Shown: positions 1 through 8,539 of the stretch, one piece after another
Layout: each line of letters starts with the position of its first letter
How positions within the stretch are numbered: position 1 is the first letter of the stretch
Assembly (NCBI GenBank): GCA_002325785.1
Contig: DCSU01000174.1
Span: 9,514-49,010, forward strand
Length of the DNA stretch: 39,497 bases
Direction of reading: 5' to 3'
Source: Bacteroidales bacterium UBA1458
Lineage (GTDB): Bacteria > Bacteroidota > Bacteroidia > Bacteroidales > VadinHA17
Translations under genes and position numbers: made by a program
Notes under the pieces: generated by a model
Database searches by the model: none
What the model saw: the letters and a program-made list of their open reading frames with translations, nothing else
What the model was told of the DNA's origin: nothing

Positions 1-1061
1 GTGATGTTTCACGCCATTTCTTCGGTGTGGAAGATATAAAGACCTTTATTGATCAGATGGCAACATACAAGATGAATATGTTGCACCTGCACCTTTCAGA
101 TGATCAGGGCTGGAGAATCGAGATCAAGTCGTGGCCCAACCTTACTGCTCATGGAGGCAAAACGGAAGTAGACGGCGGTGAAGGCGGTTTCTATACCCAG
201 GAGCAGTATTCGGAGATAGTGAAATATGCCCGTGAGAGGTTTGTAACAATCATTCCCGAGATTGACATGCCGGGACATACAAACGCAGCCCTCTCTTCTT
301 ATCCGGAATTAAATATCGGAGGCAAGGCCCCCGAACTTTACACGGGAACAAATGTAGGGTTCAGTACCCTTGACACTAAGTCGGAGATCACCTACAAATT
401 CATTGATGATGTTATCCGTGAACTGTCAGAACTTACTCCCGGTCCGTACATTCACATCGGAGGCGATGAATCTCATGTAACAAAGCTGGAGGATTACATT
501 CCGTTCATCAACAGGGTTCAGGATATTGTAGTTTCTCACGGAAAGCAGGTGCTTGGCTGGGATGAGATTGCGCTTGCCACACTGAAGCCCAACACCGTTG
601 TTCAATTCTGGGCAAGGGCTGACAATGCCATAAAAGGTGTGAACCAGGGAGCAAAGGTCCTCATGTCACCGGCCAAATATGCATATCTCGATATGCAGTA
701 TGATTCCACCAGCATCTTCGGTCTTCACTGGGCGGGCTTCATAGAGCTTGATCACGGATACAACTGGGATCCTGCCACGCTGGTGCCGGAAATCAAAAGG
801 GAGAATATTATAGGGATAGAGGCGCCCCTGTGGTCCGAAACAATATCAGACAGAAAGGAAGCCGAGTACCTCCTTTTCCCGCGCCTGCCGGGTTATGCCG
901 AGATAGGGTGGACCCCTGCGGAGATGCGCAACTGGGATGAATACAAGGTTCGCCTTGCATCTCACGGTCTGAGGATGCATGCAATGGGCATAAACTTCTA
1001 CCAGTCGGAGATATTGGAGTGGGGGCTTCCGCTTCAGGAGGAGAGCCCTGCAGTTGAGTAA
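1..1061 (+). CDS. beta-N-acetylhexosaminidase, glycoside hydrolase family 20 (5' end cut by window edge)
   Basis: The frame stays open back to nt 3 (DVSRHFFGVEDIK...), so the track start at 27 is an internal GTG. GH20 hallmarks are present: HLHLSDDQGWRIE, MPGHTNA and the catalytic HIGGDE pair. Confidence 0.9.
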   Translation, partial: DVSRHFFGVEDIKTFIDQMATYKMNMLHLHLSDDQGWRIEIKSWPNLTAHGGKTEVDGGEGGFYTQEQYSEIVKYARERFVTIIPEIDMPGHTNAALSSYPELNIGGKAPELYTGTNVGFSTLDTKSEITYKFIDDVIRELSELTPGPYIHIGGDESHVTKLEDYIPFINRVQDIVVSHGKQVLGWDEIALATLKPNTVVQFWARADNAIKGVNQGAKVLMSPAKYAYLDMQYDSTSIFGLHWAGFIELDHGYNWDPATLVPEIKRENIIGIEAPLWSETISDRKEAEYLLFPRLPGYAEIGWTPAEMRNWDEYKVRLASHGLRMHAMGINFYQSEILEWGLPLQEESPAVE

Positions 1062-1092
1062 CTGCAATAAGAAACAAGGTTCAGGTGTCACA

Positions 1093-2604
1093 ATGTTCAG
1101 AAAAAAATTCAGGATGAAGAATGAGTTTATTCTAACGGGTATGATGTTGCTGGTTGCATGCAATGGCAACAGGGTCAGCGACGTGCCGTCAGCGGCAGTA
1201 CAAGCAACACAGGCGGTACAGGAATTTAGTGCCGCCGGTAAAAAGGTTGTGGTATATACAACCGCCGATGGTACTGACCTTAGATTATCGGCAACAGACA
1301 CGCTGACGTTTTCAGACTTCGGGCAGCCGCCTGAGACACAGCCCTCGCTGTTCCTTGATCCGGAACACAGGTTCCAGACCTTTATCGGGATAGGAGGCGC
1401 ATTTACCGATGCCTCTGCAGAAACATGGGCAAAGCTGCCGGCAGAGAAGCAGGAGGAACTTATTAAGGCCTATTTTGACCCGGCTTCAGGTATAGGTTAC
1501 TCGTTTGGCAGAACCAATATGAACAGCTGCGATTTCTCGAGTGACATGTACACCTATGTGGAGGAGGGCGACAAGGAGCTGAAAACCTTCAGCATTGCCC
1601 ATGATGAGAAGTATAAGATACCCATTATCAGGGAAGCACTGAAAACAGCTGGAGGGACCCTCCCTCTGTTTGTCAGCCCCTGGAGTCCGCCCGCATGGAT
1701 GAAGGACAATAATGACATGCTGTTCGGAGGGAAGCTTTTACCGGAGTACTACCAATCATGGGCTGATTATTATGTTAAATACATCCAGGCTCTTGAACAG
1801 ATCGGAGTGCCCGTCTGGGGTCTGTCAGTACAGAATGAACCTATGGCAAGGCAGACCTGGGAGAGCTGCATTTATACAGCAGAGGAGGAGAGGGATTTCA
1901 TAAAGAATTACCTGGGTCCGACACTTCACAAAAACAATATGGCCGGTAAGAAGCTCATTGCCTGGGACCATAACCGTGACCTCATCTATTACAGAGCAGC
2001 AGGTATTCTGAGTGACCCGGAGGCGGCGAAGTACGTCTGGGGTATAGGCTTTCACTGGTATGAGGTTTGGACCGGCGGAAGACAGTATGAAAATGTAAAA
2101 CGGGTGGCTGAGGCATTTCCGGAGACGAACCTGCTGCTCACCGAGGCATGTCATTATCCGTTCAGCTGGGAGACAATAGACCAGTGGAAGTGGGGAGAGT
2201 TGTACGGAGAGAATATGATCCACGACTTCAACAACGGTGCGGTGGCATGGACAGACTGGAATATTCTGCTTGATGAGACCGGAGGCCCCAACCATGTCAA
2301 AAACTACTGTTTTGCCCCTGTTCATGCCAGGGTTAACGAGGGAACGCTCCATTACATGAACTCATATTATTACATCGGTCATTTTTCAAAGTACATAAGA
2401 CCGGGAGCAGAGCGAATCATCAGTTCATCAAGCAGGGCCCAGCTGCTGACCACAGCCTTCATCAATACTGACGGCACAATAGCCGTGGTTGTAATGAATC
2501 CGACTGATCAAGAGATAAGCTACAGGCTGTATATAGGGAATCAGGCTGCTGTCACTACCAGTCTGCCTCACTCGATAGCCACCCTTACAATAATGGATAT
2601 GTAA
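1093..2604 (+). CDS. glycoside hydrolase family 30 (glucosylceramidase-like / beta-1,6-glucanase-like) lipoprotein
   Basis: GH30-type motifs FGRTNMNSCDFS, SPWSPPAWMK, WGLSVQNEP and LLLTEAC. Lipoprotein-type signal MMLLVAC. In-frame ATG at 1093 (MFRKKF) is preferred over the TTG at 1054 used by the ORF track. Confidence 0.82.
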   Translation: MFRKKFRMKNEFILTGMMLLVACNGNRVSDVPSAAVQATQAVQEFSAAGKKVVVYTTADGTDLRLSATDTLTFSDFGQPPETQPSLFLDPEHRFQTFIGIGGAFTDASAETWAKLPAEKQEELIKAYFDPASGIGYSFGRTNMNSCDFSSDMYTYVEEGDKELKTFSIAHDEKYKIPIIREALKTAGGTLPLFVSPWSPPAWMKDNNDMLFGGKLLPEYYQSWADYYVKYIQALEQIGVPVWGLSVQNEPMARQTWESCIYTAEEERDFIKNYLGPTLHKNNMAGKKLIAWDHNRDLIYYRAAGILSDPEAAKYVWGIGFHWYEVWTGGRQYENVKRVAEAFPETNLLLTEACHYPFSWETIDQWKWGELYGENMIHDFNNGAVAWTDWNILLDETGGPNHVKNYCFAPVHARVNEGTLHYMNSYYYIGHFSKYIRPGAERIISSSSRAQLLTTAFINTDGTIAVVVMNPTDQEISYRLYIGNQAAVTTSLPHSIATLTIMDM

Positions 2605-2668
2605 CAGTCGCGGATTTGCCGCAATTTGCAGGTTTTGACCTTGAAAGAAACCAATAACCGAAATTGCC

Positions 2669-3643
2669 ATGGAGAATCACAGAAAATGGGTTTTCATTGT
2701 TAATCCGGTAGCAGGCAACGGTTTTGCACTGACCCTGGTTGAAAAGATCAGACAGGAGATTGCCCTCCGCAACATGGATGCTGACATTGTCTTCACTGAG
2801 AGGAAAGGCCATGCCACCCAATTGTCAGAGCACTATGCCGCAAACGGATACAACTGCATCGTAGGTGTGGGTGGAGACGGTACCATGAATGAGATTGCTG
2901 TGCCCCTTGTTAACAGGAAGGATATAAATATCGGATTGATTGCCGGGGGCACGGGCAATGATTTCATTCAGATAACCGGGTTTCCCGACCGTTTCAGTGA
3001 TAGTGACTGGGAGATGTTTTTCAATGTTAATGTGATGCCCATGGATGTGGGTACATGCAACGGGAAGATCATCCTGAATGGCCTTGGACTGGGATTTGAC
3101 GCACAGGTGGCTTCGGAAAATTACACTGAATCAGGTGAGGTTAAACCTGGTGGCAAGAGTAAATATATCTGGCATATTTTAAAAACATTGTTTGCCTACA
3201 AGGAAAAAAGGATGACAGTGATCTGTAACGGGTCAACTCATGAGACCGACTGTTTCATGAACACCGTTGCCAACGGCAGGAGATTCGCGGGATCGTTTTA
3301 CCTCACTCCCGATAGTATCGCCAATGACAGTCTGCTTGACGTCTGTGCGATCAAAAGACTATCCCTGTACCAGAGGCTCCGGATACTGCTTATGGTACCG
3401 GCCGGGACACATGTCAATGATAAGCGGGTAAGCTACTACCAGACGGATAAGCTGGTGCTTGAGTTCCCCTCACGGATGCCTTACCATATTGACGGGGAAC
3501 TATATTTCGGACAGCATTTTGAGATGGGTGTCATTCCCGGAGCCCTGAACATTATTTATAATCCCGCGGGTAAACATTTTTTCAAAGTCGAACAGGAGGA
3601 GAGTGTTTCCACGGATGAGAAGGAGATAATTCAAAGAGGTTAA
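2669..3643 (+). CDS. diacylglycerol kinase-family lipid kinase (YegS/BmrU/LCB5-like)
   Basis: N-terminal FIVNPVAGNG, the GVGGDGTMNE nucleotide-binding motif and AGGTGNDF. Length is about 324 aa, typical of soluble DAGK-catalytic-domain lipid kinases. Confidence 0.82.
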   Translation: MENHRKWVFIVNPVAGNGFALTLVEKIRQEIALRNMDADIVFTERKGHATQLSEHYAANGYNCIVGVGGDGTMNEIAVPLVNRKDINIGLIAGGTGNDFIQITGFPDRFSDSDWEMFFNVNVMPMDVGTCNGKIILNGLGLGFDAQVASENYTESGEVKPGGKSKYIWHILKTLFAYKEKRMTVICNGSTHETDCFMNTVANGRRFAGSFYLTPDSIANDSLLDVCAIKRLSLYQRLRILLMVPAGTHVNDKRVSYYQTDKLVLEFPSRMPYHIDGELYFGQHFEMGVIPGALNIIYNPAGKHFFKVEQEESVSTDEKEIIQRG

Positions 3644-3652
3644 AGGCCGGGA

Positions 3653-4384
3653 TTAAAGGCTGATCAGCCAGGCCAGCAGAGCCACACCGGCCCCTCCTGC
3701 AATAAGACTGTCAAACCTGTCGAGAAAACCGCCATGTCCGGGAATAAGCCTGGAGAAGTCCTTTACATTGTATTTTCTTTTGTAAACTGATTTGGCCGCA
3801 TCGCCGGCAAATGCAAACACAACCACTACGGCAGCGGTGAGGATGACCCCGGAGAAGGCAATATTCGAAATTAAATGCCTGAATACAAGCGAGCTAAGTA
3901 TAGCCACTGAGGCACCCCCAATAAAACCCTCGACGGTTTTGTTGGGACTTATTTTAGGGAAAAGTTTTATTTTTCCAAAGAGCTGACCCGTCACCTGGCT
4001 GAAGCCGTCAAAGATGCAAAGGATGAGAAAAGCGTACATTATCAGGCCCTGATCCATTCTGCTGAAAGAGATGAAGCCTGCGGAAAGGACTGCCAGTATG
4101 ATCATTGCAGTCAGGAAGAAGATTTTATGGCGATATCCGGATTCCAGGAAGAGTTTCGCCACCTCAAGGAATCCGGCAGCAATTATTAAAATTGCAATAT
4201 ACCTGAAGAGCTTAACATCAAGGGCTATACTGAAGAACAGAACACTTGTTATGATGAAGTAGGTAAAGTGTTTAATCCAGGCCCTGCGGGCCACCTCCCG
4301 CTCCTTTTTCCTGTTGATGATCCATATTCCTGCGGTGCCCAGCGCGAAATATGAGATGATTATTATATAGGCTGTCAGGTACAT
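3653..4384 (-). CDS. cdsA: phosphatidate cytidylyltransferase (CDP-diacylglycerol synthase)
   Basis: Polytopic membrane protein with the C-terminal CdsA signature SxxKRxxxxKDxxxxIPGHGGxLDRxDS (SVYKRKYNVKDFSRLIPGHGGFLDRFDS). ATG at 4384. Confidence 0.87.
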   Translation of the reverse strand: MYLTAYIIIISYFALGTAGIWIINRKKEREVARRAWIKHFTYFIITSVLFFSIALDVKLFRYIAILIIAAGFLEVAKLFLESGYRHKIFFLTAMIILAVLSAGFISFSRMDQGLIMYAFLILCIFDGFSQVTGQLFGKIKLFPKISPNKTVEGFIGGASVAILSSLVFRHLISNIAFSGVILTAAVVVVFAFAGDAAKSVYKRKYNVKDFSRLIPGHGGFLDRFDSLIAGGAGVALLAWLISL

Positions 4385-4413
4385 ATGATTATCTCATGAG
4401 TTATGTGATCTGT

Positions 4414-5214
4414 TCATCTGGTAAATATCATCAGGATACCAAAGATGATCATGCCAATTGCGTACCAAGTGCGTATGGGACCTTCTGCGCGTTCGAGCTT
4501 AATGCCGTTAAGCAGCCTGGGACCCAGGATTGACCCTATGATGGTGCCGGCAGTCAGAAAATAGACCTGTGTCAGGTCAATATCACCCACCAGGAAGTGA
4601 GCTCCCAGGGCTGACGCCGTATTAACCATTACCACCATTAGTGATGTTCCTATCACCATCTTAACAGGTATGCGCATAGCGAACATGCCCGCCTGAACCG
4701 GCGTTGCCCCGCTAGTTCCGAAGGTGGCGGTTATTATGCCGGCGATGAAACCGAAGAACGAACCTGTTGCGATTTTGCCGAAGCGTGAGCTTTCGGGTTT
4801 AATGATTCCGTTTGCCTCATCCCTTTTCTTTTTCCAGGCACTGATAATCATCTGCAGAGCAATCAGGATGATATAGATACCCCAGCTTACCTTCAACTGC
4901 TGGGCGGTTATCAGGCTGGTGATGCTTGCCCCGGAAAGCGCACCCAGGACACCCGCGGCCGCGAAGATCATGCCGGTACGGATCTTTGTGTTCCCGTTGC
5001 GGTAGTGTGCAAACGACCCGATGATGCATATCGGGAGTGTCGCGGCCAGAGATGTGGCAAGGGCGATGTTGGCCGGGACCCCGAACAGCAGCGTCAGCAA
5101 AGGGATGAAGAAGAAGCCCCCACCTCCTCCAATTAAGGTGCCTATCAGTCCGACAATAAATCCTATAAGCGGATACCAGAGATAGCTGTTGTCAAATGCG
5201 GAGTGAAAGATCAT
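4414..5214 (-). CDS. TauE/SafE-family anion permease (sulfite/organosulfonate exporter family)
   Basis: 266-aa protein with about 8 TM segments and an internal duplication. Gly-rich helices (LIGGGGGFFFIPLL; FGTSGATPVQAGMF) are typical of TauE/SafE (DUF81). Its ATG overlaps the stop of the upstream gene (ATGA at 5211-5214). Confidence 0.8.
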   Translation of the reverse strand: MIFHSAFDNSYLWYPLIGFIVGLIGTLIGGGGGFFFIPLLTLLFGVPANIALATSLAATLPICIIGSFAHYRNGNTKIRTGMIFAAAGVLGALSGASITSLITAQQLKVSWGIYIILIALQMIISAWKKKRDEANGIIKPESSRFGKIATGSFFGFIAGIITATFGTSGATPVQAGMFAMRIPVKMVIGTSLMVVMVNTASALGAHFLVGDIDLTQVYFLTAGTIIGSILGPRLLNGIKLERAEGPIRTWYAIGMIIFGILMIFTR

Positions 5215-5804
5215 GGTCTCTTATCCTTTTCTGCCTTCTGTGCCTTCAGAACCCAGTAAAGCCCTTTGACATTCGATTGCATTTCGGGTATAATCATTTG
5301 TATAGCAATGTGTTCTATGGCTCCGATAATTGCCCAGGTGATGACCAGGTAATAGAATGGAGCATAGAAGCCCAGCGTGAAAAGACAAATGATGAAGGCT
5401 CCCTGTATATAGCCTCCGATCTTGGTGATATAGAGATGAAAACTGGGAAATTTTCTGAATTTAATGAGTGAAATAATCACTGTCAGTGCCAGCATACTTA
5501 CAAATACTATGAAACTTACCAGATGAGGCCTGAAGTCATCCATTTTGAAAACAAGCAGGCCTGTGAAAGCAAGGAGGTAATTGAAATTGTCGGCAAAGGA
5601 ATCGAGTTTTGCGCCTGTCTCTGATTCCATATGGAACCGCCTGGCAATATAACCGTCAATTATATCAGAGACGAGGTTTATGATAAGGAAGACAGCGAAG
5701 AGTTTTTCGTTTCGTGCAAATATGAAATAAAGGATAAATGGGACTGCCAGTAACCGATATGATGTTATCAGGTTCGGGATTGTAAAAAGGTCATTTTTTT
5801 TCAT
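5211..5804 (-). CDS. CDP-alcohol phosphatidyltransferase family protein (head-group specificity unknown)
   Basis: Complete D-x2-D-G-x2-A-R-x8-G-x3-D-x3-D motif (DIIDGYIARRFHMESETGAKLDSFAD). 197 aa and multi-TM. Confidence 0.85.
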   Translation of the reverse strand: MKKNDLFTIPNLITSYRLLAVPFILYFIFARNEKLFAVFLIINLVSDIIDGYIARRFHMESETGAKLDSFADNFNYLLAFTGLLVFKMDDFRPHLVSFIVFVSMLALTVIISLIKFRKFPSFHLYITKIGGYIQGAFIICLFTLGFYAPFYYLVITWAIIGAIEHIAIQMIIPEMQSNVKGLYWVLKAQKAEKDKRP

Positions 5805-5871
5805 CAGATATTATCCTGAAAACCTCCAGGCTCAAGGGTTGTGAATTATAATACTGATCAAGGCTATACAA

Positions 5872-5892
5872 ATATGGATAAAAAATCCATAT
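5872..5892. promoter_or_regulatory. perfect 8-bp inverted repeat ATATGGAT-N5-ATCCATAT in a divergent promoter region
   Basis: Read directly from the sequence: 5872-5879 is the reverse complement of 5885-5892, with an AAAAA spacer. It lies 68 bp upstream of the ATG of the CDP-alcohol phosphatidyltransferase operon. Confidence 0.3.
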
Positions 5893-5944
5893 TGTTTATC
5901 ACAGGTCTGATTATTGGTTTCTGCAAGCCGGGCTGGCACGGCAG

Positions 5945-6027
5945 GGCTCACGGCGAAACTCCCTGTCCAGGCAGGGGGTCATAGCAGGTCTCACCATCCC
6001 GGCGTGGCTCACGGCAAAACTCCCTGT
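5945..6027. repeat. two copies of a 22-bp direct repeat (GGCTCACGGCRAAACTCCCTGT) 61 bp apart inside a GC-rich island
   Basis: 5945-5966 and 6006-6027 match at 21 of 22 positions. The surrounding 5930-6040 stretch is visibly GC-rich compared with the AT-rich flanks. Confidence 0.6.
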
Positions 6028-6144
6028 AACGGCAGCCATTTAAGAGTTAAAATTCCTGTTTAGCTCGACAGGGTCCGGGAAATTGAGTAATTTTATAGGG
6101 CAGTTCCTGTTGAAGGGAGCGCAATCGTTCAAGTCGGAATAACC

Positions 6145-6552
6145 ATGATTCATATGAAAAAGCCAATGGTTCTGATATTAATGGTTCTGACCGTCTCCTG
6201 CGGTACCATCAAGAAATCCTCACTTCCACCTGAGGAAGACGAGCTGCTGATAACACGCAAATATGTAGGTGAGTACATTGAGCATCGCCAGACCGGTCCT
6301 GAGAATTATGACGGCCCCAACATGATCTGGGTAAAAAGCTCTATGGAAGATGTTTACGGTAAAATATCAGCCTACGGCAGGAAGTGCGAATTTGCTGAAG
6401 GAGACAGGTTATATATCAGAAGGACATTTTACAGTCCGGGGATTGTTGCCGGGTACTGGGTTTACACCCTTGAGAATGATGCCTCAGTCTCATACAGGGC
6501 AACCGATCTGCAGCATGACAAGGTAGTCTACATCAGGACCTGGTTTGAGTAA
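6145..6552 (+). CDS. hypothetical lipoprotein
   Basis: Signal peptide with lipobox (LMVLTVSCG). No recognisable family motif. The true start may be the MKKP Met at 6154. Confidence 0.6.
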   Translation: MIHMKKPMVLILMVLTVSCGTIKKSSLPPEEDELLITRKYVGEYIEHRQTGPENYDGPNMIWVKSSMEDVYGKISAYGRKCEFAEGDRLYIRRTFYSPGIVAGYWVYTLENDASVSYRATDLQHDKVVYIRTWFE

Positions 6553-6662
6553 TCTGGCAGTACAGTGCTGTTCATTTTGCGGGTGTGAATTGAAATTTGA
6601 TATATTTAAATCTTCAAAACTGGAATCATAATTGTTTGTGATTTCCCGGAAGCCTCCAGAAG

Positions 6663-7976
6663 ATGAACAGCATAATTGTAACGACATTTCAAAAGTTCGA
6701 CAGGTCCCAGAGCCTTGGTGGATTGTTGCTTTTTGGTGCAACAATAGTGGCGCTGATATTTGCCAATACCGGTCTCAGTGATTTTTATGATACCATAAGG
6801 GAGACGGTATTTGGAATAGAGGCCGGTAGCTTTAGTCTCAAAAAGCCTTTTATAATCTGGGTCAACGATGGTCTGATGGCCATCTTCTTCTTCATGATCG
6901 GGCTTGAGATCAAGCGGGAGTTGATGATAGGAGAATTAAATACCCCGGCTAAGGCTGCGCTTCCACTCATTGCTGCTGTTGGCGGCATGGCAGTACCGAT
7001 TGTATTTTATATTATCCTGAACAACAACCCACTGGCATCTCACGGATGGGGCATTCCAATGGCAACTGACATTGCCTTTTCACTTGCAATCCTGAAGTTT
7101 CTTGGCAAAAGGGTACCGGTCGGGCTTAAGGTTTTCCTGGCTGCCATTGCCATCATTGGTGATATCGTGGCGGTGCTGGTAATTGCCCTTTTCTACAGTA
7201 GGTCAATCGACTGGATGATGCTGTTATGGGCCGCCATTCCCATTTCCGTCCTTGTGGTCATTAACCTGATGAACCATTTCCCCAAGTATCTTCATCTCCT
7301 TTGCGGTATTGTTATATGGTACTGTTTTCTCAAAGCGGGTATTCACCCTACCATTGCAGGCGTATTGCTGGCATTTACCGTACCCCTGAGGCAGAAGACT
7401 GATGTGAAGACATTCAGCATTAAGCTCTTTGAGATTGCGGATGAGATTAAGGAGACCTCTGCCACAGAGGCACCCCTTCTTACATCTGATCAGATGGAGC
7501 AGATCGACGACATTGAGGAATGGGTGGAGAATGTACAGTCACCTTTGCAGCATATTGAACATGTGCTGCAGAACTGGGTAGCATATCTTATTATGCCTCT
7601 CTTTGCCTTTTTCAATGCGGGAGTGGCCTTCAGTGCCGGAATGCAGCCTGATCTGCCCCTGATTTCTAGCCTGGGGCTAAGTCTTTTCCTGGGAAAGACA
7701 CTTGGAGTGACGTTGTTTTCATATGCAAGTATCAGGATGAAATTTGCCAGCCTGCCTCCCGGGGTATCCTTCGGGCAGATTTTCGGCACTGCCATACTTG
7801 CCGGAGTAGGCTTCACGATGTCAATGTTCATTGCCAACCTGGCCTTTTCAGATGCTCCTGTGCTGATGGACTCGGCCAAGATAGGAATACTTTCAGGTTC
7901 ACTGGTCTCAGGTGTCGCCGGCTACCTTATGCTGAGATTCTGCCGTCAGGGTAACAGTCAGATCATCAGCGTGTGA
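6663..7976 (+). CDS. nhaA: Na+/H+ antiporter NhaA
   Basis: NhaA signatures WVNDGLMAIFFFMIGLEIKRE and GIPMATDIAF. Polytopic membrane protein (I did not count TM segments), 437 aa. Confidence 0.93.
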   Translation: MNSIIVTTFQKFDRSQSLGGLLLFGATIVALIFANTGLSDFYDTIRETVFGIEAGSFSLKKPFIIWVNDGLMAIFFFMIGLEIKRELMIGELNTPAKAALPLIAAVGGMAVPIVFYIILNNNPLASHGWGIPMATDIAFSLAILKFLGKRVPVGLKVFLAAIAIIGDIVAVLVIALFYSRSIDWMMLLWAAIPISVLVVINLMNHFPKYLHLLCGIVIWYCFLKAGIHPTIAGVLLAFTVPLRQKTDVKTFSIKLFEIADEIKETSATEAPLLTSDQMEQIDDIEEWVENVQSPLQHIEHVLQNWVAYLIMPLFAFFNAGVAFSAGMQPDLPLISSLGLSLFLGKTLGVTLFSYASIRMKFASLPPGVSFGQIFGTAILAGVGFTMSMFIANLAFSDAPVLMDSAKIGILSGSLVSGVAGYLMLRFCRQGNSQIISV

Positions 7977-7981
7977 AGATC

Positions 7982-8539
7982 ATGCAGGACAAAAGCCGGG
8001 ATCTCTATTTTATTGCCATTATCCCTCCCCGACCGTTGCTTGATGAGATTCGGGTGATCAAAGAAAGGTTCCGTGACAGGTTCGGTGCCGGACACGCACT
8101 GAAGTCGCCGGCCCACATAACCCTTCAGATGCCGTTTAAAAGAGTCTCGACATTTGAAGAGAAGATTTCGACAGCATTGAGAAGATTTGCCTCAGATGAA
8201 AAGAGTTTCGGTGTTGATCTTGATGGTTTCGGAGCCTTTCCTCCGAGGGTTATCTATATCAAAATTATCAACCCTGAACCTGTACGCAGCCTGCACAGCC
8301 GCCTCAGGGATGTGCTGTTTTCGGAGCTAGGTTTCAGCCAGGAAGAGACAATGGCAGATATTAAGCCTCATATTACGGTTGCTACGAGAGATCTTACGAA
8401 AGCAGAATTCAGTGATGCCTGGCCTGAGTTCAGTGAGGGGAAATTTGCCGGTAAGTTCGAAGTCAACAATATTTTTCTGCTGAAGCACAACGGCCGGAGC
8501 TGGGACATCCTGGAAGAGTTTCCTTTCGGAGAGAGATGA
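7982..8539 (+). CDS. 2H phosphoesterase superfamily protein (LigT / 2'-5' RNA ligase-like)
   Basis: Two H-x-T-x motifs (AHITLQ and PHITVA) at the expected spacing, about 186 aa. ATG at 7982 is preferred; the GTG at 7973 would overlap the nhaA stop. The stop overlaps the next ATG (ATGA at 8536-8539). Confidence 0.75.
   Translation: MQDKSRDLYFIAIIPPRPLLDEIRVIKERFRDRFGAGHALKSPAHITLQMPFKRVSTFEEKISTALRRFASDEKSFGVDLDGFGAFPPRVIYIKIINPEPVRSLHSRLRDVLFSELGFSQEETMADIKPHITVATRDLTKAEFSDAWPEFSEGKFAGKFEVNNIFLLKHNGRSWDILEEFPFGER

Noticed and set aside
6553-6662. Possible cation-responsive riboswitch (nhaA-I/II-type) in the nhaA leader.
   Set aside because: The 110-bp leader is AT-rich. Only 4-5 bp hairpins are visible by eye, and I could not recognise a conserved RNA motif. 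It needs cmscan and is not supportable from inspection.
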